Shown here one piece after another: positions 38,597 to 46,246 of a stretch of 48,589 nucleotides of DNA. The notes under the pieces were generated by a model. It was not told the DNA's origin, did not search any database, and worked only from the letters and a program-made list of their open reading frames with translations. The stretch's first letter is position 1. The number at the start of each line of letters is the position of its first letter. A program made the translations under genes and the position numbers. Source of the stretch: Patescibacteria group bacterium (GTDB lineage: Bacteria; Patescibacteriota; Minisyncoccia; Minisyncoccales; PEYH01); the NCBI GenBank assembly GCA_018817645.1, contig JAHITK010000006.1:1-48589 (forward strand), given 5' to 3'.

Positions 38597-41500
38597 ATCT
38601 TGAGATTAAACACTTTCCTGTCCTTGAATTCCTGCTGTTTCCCCGCATTCCATTGTTTCACGGGGCGGATGTAGCCGACAACCCTTGAATAAACTTCGCA
38701 GGGTTGCTCCACCACGCATTTCGGACACTTAAAATGTTCGCCGGCGATATATCCATGAACCGGGCAGATGGAAAAAGTCGGAGTCAAGGTAATATAGGGA
38801 AGCTTAAATTTAGTAAAAATATTTTTTACCAGCGCTTTAACCGCTTCCGCCCCGGACAGCCGCTCCCCGGCAAAAATATGCAAGACCGTGCCGCCGGTAT
38901 AACGGCACTGCAATTCGTCTTGAAGTTTCAGCGCTTCAAAAACATCGTCAGTATAATTGACTGGCAATTGGCTGGAATTGGTATAATAGGGAACTTCCGG
39001 AGTGCCGGCGGCAACGATGTCCGGATATTTTTCTTTGTCTTTTTGAGCCAGGCGGTATCCAGTGCTCTCACCGGGCGTCGCTTCCAAATTATACATATGG
39101 TCTGTTTCTTTCTGATATCGCAATAGCCGTTCTCTCATAAAATCCATTATCTCCAGTGAGAATTTCCTTCCATTATTTGACGCCACTCCCTCTCCCAGAA
39201 AGTTAACAAGCGCCTCGTTCATTCCAATTAAACCAATAGTGGAAAAATGATTGGCATAATATGCTCCCCTGGCTTGTTTAACCCCACTCAAGTAATACTT
39301 TGAATAAGGATAAAGCCCTTTTTCAATATAGTTTTCTATGGTTTTTCTTTTAATCTCCAAACTTTCTTTGGCTAAATCCATGGCTTTGCCAAGTTGTTCA
39401 AGAAAATCTTTTTTGGTTTTGGAAAGATAACCGATTTTCGGAAGATTAATAGTGACTACTCCGATGCTGCCCGTGAGCGCGCCGGCGCCAAACAACCCCC
39501 CGCCCCCGCGGTTATGAAGTTCTTTCATGTTCAACCGAAGCCGGCAACAATTAAAAGAAATTTGCCCCAAAGAATGCAGAAAAAGATGGTTTTTTTGAAG
39601 TTCTATATCGTAAAACTCTATTGGTTTTTTATATTTTTTAATTTTAATTTCCTGCGCTCTAGTCAAATAAATATTGCTATTCTTGATTTTTAAACTCTCT
39701 TGAGTATGAGCTCTGTATTTTTCTAATGTATTAGACCCGGTCGTTCTAGACTTAGTCAGTCCTGGCACCTTGGTGGTAGAGACTGCCATCCACCCCGGTA
39801 GTCTTTCGGCCAAAATCGGATTATTAATGCATCCGTTCCCTTGTTTGATTTTTGACTTAGCATGCTGCAAATAAATTATCTGGCTCTTTTTCCTTAATTT
39901 ATAGGTAACGGGCTTCCCGATTAAAGAATAAAGCAACACAAGGTCGCGAGATAATTCTAAATCATTTATATGGATTTCTTGCCTTCTATCATAGCCGTCA
40001 CCCTTAAAGTGAAATTCTAAAAAACTTTTGATAACATCGGGGGGAGAATTAAATAAAATCTGGGGCAATCTTCCATATTTTTTAAATCCTGCATTATAAA
40101 ATTTTCTGGCTAATTTGGTGTTATAAACATAAAGATAGTAAGTATTATATTTTGGGTCTTGCTTCTCTTTACAATCCAAATTAAAAACTTTTTTAATTAG
40201 TCCTCTTATTAAATTCAGATTTTCCAAATCCCCTGTCTTAAAAGTAAATTGTAGGCCTCTCGGCTCTCCAAAATGAACATAATTTTTCCTATTTTTAAAC
40301 AAATAATTTCCATCTGCCACAAAATATCCTAATATTTTAGCCAAATCTTCATTGAAACTGAATTCCTCAATGCTCTGATATTTTTTAGATAAAACTCCCT
40401 CGTCTGCTCTCTTAATAACCAAGAGATAATCTCCTTTTTTAATATCTTTGGCGAACTTCATCACAATTCCTTGTTGGCAATAAACCGCCACCGGGTGGTT
40501 TAATGAGAATATTGCTTTTCTGCCGTCTACGCTACTAATTTCTACTACTCGGGTATCGCTAATCTTTAAGAATCTCTTTATCGGAGCCCATTCTAACTTT
40601 AAGGTTTTTGGATTCAAGGACAGTCCTTCTATTCTCCCTTCTTTTTTACATTCTGACCACCCTTCTTTGTCAAACTCTCCGTCTTTATAATTCTCCGCTA
40701 CTTCTTTAACGGAAAGTCTTTTAATTTTTCTTGAATTCCTAACTAAAATTTCCTGACTTCCCTCTAAACACATACTTCTGACATCTTCTGGACTCATATC
40801 GGAATTAATATAGTTGGCGAAATAATTGATTCCGTATTTTGCCGAGGCCTCAAAGATTAAATCAAAAACCGTACCGTCCCAGGGAAAATCTTTAGTGATA
40901 TTTATGGTTGGAATCGGAAAATGGAAAGGCCGGCCGTATTTGTCCCCCTCAATCATCGTTTCATACAGCGCTTTATCAAAGATTCTCATCTCTTCCTCAA
41001 ATTCGCCGTATGTTTCCTCTTGGGGCTTCCCTCCCCAGATAACGGGTTGTCTGGAAAAGACCGGCGACGGTTTTAAATCCAATGTTATATTTGAAAACGG
41101 ATTCTGAAATCCCACTCTCGTCGGCACCGCCATATTAAACAAGAATTCCTGCAAGGATTGCTTGACCTGCTCATAATTTAAATTGTCATAACGGATAAAA
41201 GGCGCCAAGAGGGTGTCAAAATTAGAAAAAGCCACCGCTCCAGCGATTTCTCCTTGAACAGTGTATAGAAAATTTACCACCTGTCCCAAGACAGCCCGGA
41301 AATGTTTGGGCGGTTTTGATTCCACTTTTCCCGGCGCGCCGCCGAATCCGCGCAGTAAAAGATCATAGAGGTCCCATCCGGCGCAATAAAGCCCTAAGGT
41401 ATCCAGGTTGTGGATATGAAAATCATTATGCTCTACTGCCTGTCTGATTTCTTTCGGGTAAATTTTATTGAGCCAATACTTTTTGACAATATATGAAACG

Positions 41501-41916
41501 CCGTAATGATTAAGGCCCTGCAAAGAAAAGGTCATATTGGCATTTTCCCGAACTTCCCAATCCAATTTTCCGAGATATTGGTCAACCCTGTCAACCGCTT
41601 CTTCGCTGGCCGCCACCGCTTCCCTTGTTATTCTCCTTTGCTCCCGGTAAAGGATATAGGCCCGGGCTGTTTCAGTAAGATTTTCCGCGATTAAAACCTC
41701 CTCCACGATATCCTGAACCTGCTCAACATTCGGAATTTCGCCTTCCTTAAAGCGCCGGCCCAAAATATCCGACACTTTTTTGGAAAGTTTTTTAGATAAA
41801 ACGCCATCCGCCTGGCCGGTCGCAGTGATGGCTTTATAAATGGCTTTGGCTATCTTTTCCTGTTCAAAATCAACAATACTCCCGTCCCTTTTTTTAACTT
41901 TAACAATCTTTGTCAT
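38593..41916 (-). CDS. nrdD: Class III anaerobic ribonucleoside-triphosphate reductase with ATP cone and an intein
   Basis: VKKRDG ATP cone, FPIPTIN, RSM|CCRL, NLEATPGES, Zn motifs CPVHG/CPKC, glycyl-radical motif YSRVVGYIRPV. Confidence 0.95.
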   Translation of the reverse strand: MTKIVKVKKRDGSIVDFEQEKIAKAIYKAITATGQADGVLSKKLSKKVSDILGRRFKEGEIPNVEQVQDIVEEVLIAENLTETARAYILYREQRRITREAVAASEEAVDRVDQYLGKLDWEVRENANMTFSLQGLNHYGVSYIVKKYWLNKIYPKEIRQAVEHNDFHIHNLDTLGLYCAGWDLYDLLLRGFGGAPGKVESKPPKHFRAVLGQVVNFLYTVQGEIAGAVAFSNFDTLLAPFIRYDNLNYEQVKQSLQEFLFNMAVPTRVGFQNPFSNITLDLKPSPVFSRQPVIWGGKPQEETYGEFEEEMRIFDKALYETMIEGDKYGRPFHFPIPTINITKDFPWDGTVFDLIFEASAKYGINYFANYINSDMSPEDVRSMCLEGSQEILVRNSRKIKRLSVKEVAENYKDGEFDKEGWSECKKEGRIEGLSLNPKTLKLEWAPIKRFLKISDTRVVEISSVDGRKAIFSLNHPVAVYCQQGIVMKFAKDIKKGDYLLVIKRADEGVLSKKYQSIEEFSFNEDLAKILGYFVADGNYLFKNRKNYVHFGEPRGLQFTFKTGDLENLNLIRGLIKKVFNLDCKEKQDPKYNTYYLYVYNTKLARKFYNAGFKKYGRLPQILFNSPPDVIKSFLEFHFKGDGYDRRQEIHINDLELSRDLVLLYSLIGKPVTYKLRKKSQIIYLQHAKSKIKQGNGCINNPILAERLPGWMAVSTTKVPGLTKSRTTGSNTLEKYRAHTQESLKIKNSNIYLTRAQEIKIKKYKKPIEFYDIELQKNHLFLHSLGQISFNCCRLRLNMKELHNRGGGGLFGAGALTGSIGVVTINLPKIGYLSKTKKDFLEQLGKAMDLAKESLEIKRKTIENYIEKGLYPYSKYYLSGVKQARGAYYANHFSTIGLIGMNEALVNFLGEGVASNNGRKFSLEIMDFMRERLLRYQKETDHMYNLEATPGESTGYRLAQKDKEKYPDIVAAGTPEVPYYTNSSQLPVNYTDDVFEALKLQDELQCRYTGGTVLHIFAGERLSGAEAVKALVKNIFTKFKLPYITLTPTFSICPVHGYIAGEHFKCPKCVVEQPCEVYSRVVGYIRPVKQWNAGKQQEFKDRKVFNLKI
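39550..40770 (-). mobile_element. 407-aa intein with LAGLIDADG homing endonuclease
   Basis: Begins CLEGSQE, has block B FSLNHP, LAKILGYFVADG and FLEFHFKGDG, ends FYDIEL...GQISFN followed by extein Cys; removal restores VRSMCCRLRL. Confidence 0.92.
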
Positions 41917-41973
41917 TGGCTTGATAGGATAAACTTGCCCGGTGAAGGAGCAAGTATTGTGTTTAATGTCTTT

Positions 41974-42002
41974 ATATTACCTTAACTCCTGATTTCGGTC
42001 AA
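41974..42002 (-). promoter_or_regulatory. Sigma-70 promoter of nrdD (TTGACC-N17-TAATAT)
   Basis: Consensus-like hexamers about 60 nt upstream of the ATG. Confidence 0.55.
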
Positions 42003-42091
42003 AAAGGGGTCTCTTGTGGAAAACTTTTACTTAACCCGCCCAAGGCGGGCTTGCCCGCCTTGGGCGAACCACTAAAAAATTACCAGGAAAA

Positions 42092-42179
42092 ATTACGAGG
42101 CCGGGCCTCGTAGTGAGAATCCTCAATACTGGTGTGGCTTCCGACGTTTAACAGAAATTACGAGGCCGGGCCTCGTAAT
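42092..42179. repeat. REP doublet, copy 7 (overlaps the end of the GT4 gene)
   Basis: Two units, period 65; preceded by a family-2 inverted doublet at 42037-42066. Confidence 0.9.
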
Positions 42180-43279
42180 GGCAGATACATTTGGAAAAGT
42201 TTGTTAAAAACTTTTTCCCAGGCAAAATTTTTGGAAAATTCCAAAGATGCACTCCTTATTCTTTCCCTAATCTCCGCCTCGTCTAACAAGATATTCACTT
42301 TCTGAAAAATATCCGGCGCCTCTTTTGGCCTGGTCAAAAAGCCGTTTTCTCCGTCTTTTACCAGCGATTTTGAACCGCCGGCATCAGCCACCACTGGAAC
42401 AAGCCCGGAGGCCATGGCTTCAATGGTGACATTCCCGAATGTCTCTGTGGTTGACGGAAAAACGAATATATCTGAAGAAGCGTATGCCTGCGAAAGTTCA
42501 ATTCCTTCAATATGGCCAAGGAAGATGACACCGGGCATAAGTTGCTCTAATTCTTTGCGCACCGGCCCTTCGCCCGCAACGACCATTACAAAATCATTCC
42601 TTTTTGCCTTTAATAATTTGTATGCTTCCGCTAAAGTACGCAGGTCTTTCTCCCAAGTAAGGCGACAAACGCACAATAAAATTAATTTATTTTCATTTTG
42701 AATAATTTTTTGTCTCCAATCTGGCGAACGGAAAGAAATGTCAAAATTGACAAAATCCACTCCCCAAGGAATGGTTAGGACATTTGGTATCCGATGGTCA
42801 ATAAGTTCCTGCGCCATAACTTGCGAAGGGGTGGTGGTAAAACTCATCTGTTTATACAACCTCCTCAACAAAAACCAAGCGAATGGTCTAAGAAAACCGA
42901 GATTATAGTAGACGAAATATTTACAAAAATCGGTATTATGAGTGGCGACAATCGGAATACGGCGTCTCTTGGCGTATTTTAAAGCGGACCAGGCAATAGT
43001 ATCCGGACTGTGAAGGTGGATGATGTCCGGCTTAAATTCGTCCAGTTGCTTTTGAAACTTCCTGGTGCCGGGCAAAGAAAGACGATAAGCCCTATAAAGC
43101 GGGAATACTATTGAAGGAATCTTGATAACCGGGACCGGAGACAGAGAAACATCCTCTGCCCAGCCAGTAATAATAATGGATTGGACGCCTTTTTTAAGGC
43201 CTTCATTTATAAGAGATAAAAGCACGCGGGTCACGCCGTCTTCTTTTTTGAGAGTGCCGATAAAATAAGCGATTTTCAT
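42158..43279 (-). CDS. GT4 (GT-B fold) glycosyltransferase
   Basis: PDIIHLHSP, THNTDF, RLTWEK, FPSTTETFGNVTIEAMASG; likely start MKIAYF at 43279. Confidence 0.92.
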   Translation of the reverse strand: MKIAYFIGTLKKEDGVTRVLLSLINEGLKKGVQSIIITGWAEDVSLSPVPVIKIPSIVFPLYRAYRLSLPGTRKFQKQLDEFKPDIIHLHSPDTIAWSALKYAKRRRIPIVATHNTDFCKYFVYYNLGFLRPFAWFLLRRLYKQMSFTTTPSQVMAQELIDHRIPNVLTIPWGVDFVNFDISFRSPDWRQKIIQNENKLILLCVCRLTWEKDLRTLAEAYKLLKAKRNDFVMVVAGEGPVRKELEQLMPGVIFLGHIEGIELSQAYASSDIFVFPSTTETFGNVTIEAMASGLVPVVADAGGSKSLVKDGENGFLTRPKEAPDIFQKVNILLDEAEIRERIRSASLEFSKNFAWEKVFNKLFQMYLPLRGPAS

Positions 43280-43390
43280 ACAAAAATTTTTTAATTCTGC
43301 TGCCATAACTCTTTTTTCCCCGGTTCTTTACCAAAAAATCGCCTCTTTATTCCAATCTTATTCCAAAAATCGGCGATTTTTGCTATCTCG

Positions 43391-43477
43391 CTATTTTTTC
43401 TTCCTCTTCTTTTTAATAATGCCTCTTTTCTTTAATTTTCTAATAAGTCGTTTTTGATTTCTCCATCCGATTCCCAT
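43391..43477 (-). CDS. 28-aa basic microprotein MGIGWRNQKRLIRKLKKRGIIKKKRKKK
   Basis: Paralog at 45154-45240 differs only synonymously in codons 1-20. Confidence 0.7.
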   Translation of the reverse strand: MGIGWRNQKRLIRKLKKRGIIKKKRKKK

Positions 43478-43593
43478 ATTGTAAAAATTAATAATTATTT
43501 ATCCGAACTAAAGCCCGATATCCTGTCAAGGAGTTAACCTTTGGCAAATTTAACCTTTGATAAAAACTGGCAACCAAAAAACTTTAAGGTAAA

Positions 43594-43860
43594 TTATCTT
43601 TTTTTATAAGTATTGGTAGAGCGTCTCTCAACCCTAAAAACCTCAACAGATTTTTCACTCGGAAATACTTCATAAAGAATCCTGTATGTGCCAACTCTTA
43701 TTCGCCAGACATTATCTTCTCCTTTAATCTTCTCAATGTCTCCCTGATAGGGGTTTGTTTGAAATTCTTCCAAAACAAACAAAAGACGGTTTGCGTCTTG
43801 TTTGGGGAATCGCTTCATTGATTTTAAGGCACTGTGGGCAATTTTAACCTTCCATCTCAT
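43594..43860 (-). CDS. RelE/ParE-family toxin
   Basis: 88 aa, NPYQGDIEKIKG..WRIRVGTYRILY; overlaps the upstream antitoxin gene. Confidence 0.88.
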   Translation of the reverse strand: MRWKVKIAHSALKSMKRFPKQDANRLLFVLEEFQTNPYQGDIEKIKGEDNVWRIRVGTYRILYEVFPSEKSVEVFRVERRSTNTYKKR

Positions 43861-44062
43861 TCTTTAATTGAGAGAGAGTTAAATATTTTCCTTCTCGAAT
43901 TTCTTTTCGTCCGGCTTTGATCGCTTTCTTTTCAGATAAAGTCGACTCCACCAAAGAAATAATTTTTTTCAAGCGCAAAAACTCCTCGTATTCATCTCGG
44001 GGCATTACCACTAAATCTCCTGTCTTTGATAAATCTCTTGGAATAGCAATGACTTTGTTCAT
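43844..44062 (-). CDS. Putative antitoxin
   Basis: GDLVVMPRDEYEE...AIKAGRKEIREGK; directly upstream of and overlapping the toxin. Confidence 0.75.
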   Translation of the reverse strand: MNKVIAIPRDLSKTGDLVVMPRDEYEEFLRLKKIISLVESTLSEKKAIKAGRKEIREGKYLTLSQLKNEMEG

Positions 44063-44145
44063 TATTCTTAATATTAACAAATCCAAATAAAGTGGTCAAT
44101 GTCTGAGCTCCCGTTATAGGCCGCTTTTAATTTCTGTGTCAAATC

Positions 44146-44168
44146 TGTCAAAGGTTAAACCTTTGACA
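44146..44168. repeat. Perfect 23-bp palindrome, family 3
   Basis: tgtcaaaggt-taa-acctttgaca; degenerate copies at about 43524-43561. Confidence 0.7.
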
Positions 44169-44256
44169 AAAGTCCTGCCATAAAAAATACTAACATCGCA
44201 ATCTATCTCCCAGCAAAATCTTCATAGTCGAGGAAGGATCTTTTTTGAAACCTTCT

Positions 44257-45114
44257 TTAATTTGTATCCGATCTTTCGCCAGGCAAAATGCTTTCTATCT
44301 CTATTTTTTTCAAATCTTCATAAAGTAAAAACAGAAAGGTTAATATAAAGAAAAGCAGAAAAATGTTTAAAATCCCATCAGGGATATAGCCATAAGGCAC
44401 TAAACCAAACGCTGCGCCTCCTAACCAAGCGATTCCTCCGATAAATATGCTCATCACAAATAACCGCCAAAAAACGCTTCCCCAATTTCCTTTTAATAAT
44501 TGTTTGCTTCTCACAAGGGCCACCGTGCCCTTCAAATTTTCTGCTACTAAAATAGGTATGGCTAATACAAACCATGTCCAAACTATAAGAGACCATACTG
44601 CGGCGGCGATAAGAAGAGGGATAAAAAGCAATGTTGGCGCAGAAACAATGCTCATTAATAAAACTATTATGAAGCCCAATTCAGCAAGGATGCTCTGTAA
44701 TAAAAGAATCCAAAATAGAGAGTGGATTTTCTTCCATCCCTTTTTTAATGATTCTTTAACCCCTCTTCTCTGCTTTCTTCCTTCTACGGCATAAACTATT
44801 GCAAGTAGAGGCCAAAGCTCAACAAATACAAGCACCAGTAAAAGGATAATTGCTATAAGGATTGGTATAAACCATTTTCCTAATGATAGAGCGAACGCTA
44901 AAGACAAAAAGCCGGCTATAGACATAAAAGCGATAACAATATAACCCAAGATTGAAATAACCGCTACGCCTAAAAAGGTCCTTATCCTATCTTTACAAAC
45001 CCTAAAACTTTCCTTAAAAAGTTCCCCAACCCCAGATAGTTTTCGTGTTTCCCGTGGCCGAAAAGGGGTTGAAGGCGTTGTGATTTGATTATTAGAAAAT
45101 CCTTGTTCATCCAT
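44257..45114 (-). CDS. Multi-TM membrane protein (GDPD membrane-domain/DUF975-like)
   Basis: About 6 TM segments; ALVRSKQLLKGNWGSVFWR motif. Confidence 0.7.
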   Translation of the reverse strand: MDEQGFSNNQITTPSTPFRPRETRKLSGVGELFKESFRVCKDRIRTFLGVAVISILGYIVIAFMSIAGFLSLAFALSLGKWFIPILIAIILLLVLVFVELWPLLAIVYAVEGRKQRRGVKESLKKGWKKIHSLFWILLLQSILAELGFIIVLLMSIVSAPTLLFIPLLIAAAVWSLIVWTWFVLAIPILVAENLKGTVALVRSKQLLKGNWGSVFWRLFVMSIFIGGIAWLGGAAFGLVPYGYIPDGILNIFLLFFILTFLFLLYEDLKKIEIESILPGERSDTN

Positions 45115-45153
45115 AATAATTGTTATAATTAATTATTTTTATAAGTTTAACAT

Positions 45154-45240
45154 TTATTTCTTCTTCGGCCGTCTTTTCACGATGCCTCTTTTCTTTAATT
45201 TTCTAATAAGCCGTTTTTGATTTCTCCATCCAATACCCAT
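45154..45240 (-). CDS. 28-aa basic microprotein MGIGWRNQKRLIRKLKKRGIVKRRPKKK
   Basis: Paralog of 43391-43477, same length, intact start and stop. Confidence 0.7.
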   Translation of the reverse strand: MGIGWRNQKRLIRKLKKRGIVKRRPKKK

Positions 45241-45268
45241 ATTGATTAACCCGCCCGAGGCGGGCAAG

Positions 45269-45310
45269 TGATTAATGATTATTGATTATTGATTATTGAT
45301 TATTGATTAT
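45269..45310. repeat. Heptamer tandem repeat (TGATTAT) x6
   Basis: One variant plus five exact copies; overlaps the ftsZ stop codon. Confidence 0.85.
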
Positions 45311-46236
45311 TCCACTCCGGCCGCAATCAAGGTGATTTTCACTTCATTGGGTTTGAGTTTTCGGTCTTCTATGGCGCCGAAAATAACGCGGGTGGCAGAA
45401 GAATTTTTGGTGATAATCTTAGCGGCCTGCTGGACTTCTGTTAAAGATAAATTCTTCCCGCCGGTAATATTGAACAAAACTTTTCTTGCGCCTTGAATGC
45501 CGAAATCCAAAAAAGAAGAGTGAATTGCCATATCAGCGGCTTTCACAATCTTATCGTCTCCCTCTGCCTTGCCTACTCCGAAAAGGGCATTGCCCGAATT
45601 GCTCATTATTGCCTTAACATCCGCAAAATCCACATTGATAATGCCCGGCCTGACTATCAAGTCGGAGATACCCTGCACCGCCTGCCTTAAAACCTCGTCG
45701 CAAATCCAGAAAGCGGAAAGAAGCGTGGTCTTCTCGTCTATTTGGGCGAGAAGTTTGTCATTAGGTATGACGAAAAGGGTATCCACCCTGCTTTTTATTC
45801 TCCCCTGACCCATTTTGGCAATCGCTCTTCTTTGGGCTCCTTCAAAAGAAAAGGGCAAAGTGACCGCCCCGATTGTCAAAGCACCAAGTCCTTTGGCAAT
45901 TTCTGCCACCAAGGGAGCCGCTCCGGTTCCGGTCCCGCCTCCCAGACCGCAGACAACAAAAACAATATCGCTCCCTTTCAGCGCCCCCTCTATCAGTCCC
46001 CGGCTTTCCTCTGCCGCCTCCTTCCCTATCCTTGGGTTCATTCCGGCCCCGAGCCCCCGGGTCAATTTTTCCCCGATTTGAATTTTCTTATGGGCTTTTG
46101 TTTTCTTTATATCCTGCGCATCGCAATTAAGGGCGATCAATTCCACGCCCTGAACTTTGCATTTAGCCATCCGGGAGATGGCATTTCCTCCCGAACCGCC
46201 CACGCCCACTACTTTTATTCTCGCGCCTGTTTTCAT
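45307..46236 (-). CDS. ftsZ: Cell division GTPase FtsZ (short, no C-terminal tail)
   Basis: IKVVGVGGSGGNA, GLGAG, GGGTGTG, INVDFAD. Confidence 0.95.
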   Translation of the reverse strand: MKTGARIKVVGVGGSGGNAISRMAKCKVQGVELIALNCDAQDIKKTKAHKKIQIGEKLTRGLGAGMNPRIGKEAAEESRGLIEGALKGSDIVFVVCGLGGGTGTGAAPLVAEIAKGLGALTIGAVTLPFSFEGAQRRAIAKMGQGRIKSRVDTLFVIPNDKLLAQIDEKTTLLSAFWICDEVLRQAVQGISDLIVRPGIINVDFADVKAIMSNSGNALFGVGKAEGDDKIVKAADMAIHSSFLDFGIQGARKVLFNITGGKNLSLTEVQQAAKIITKNSSATRVIFGAIEDRKLKPNEVKITLIAAGVE

Positions 46237-46246
46237 TATTCAGCAA

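Noticed and set aside
41948-41962. NrdR box upstream of nrdD
   Set aside because: Only a partial single match (ACACAATACTTG); no convincing tandem box.
10009-42023. DnaA boxes as oriC
   Set aside because: The boxes are single and dispersed over 40 kb; no cluster and no dnaA/dnaN in the window.
10031-42179. REP doublets as mini CRISPR arrays
   Set aside because: Only two units per locus, spacers are homologous to one another, no cas genes, and a RAYT explains them.
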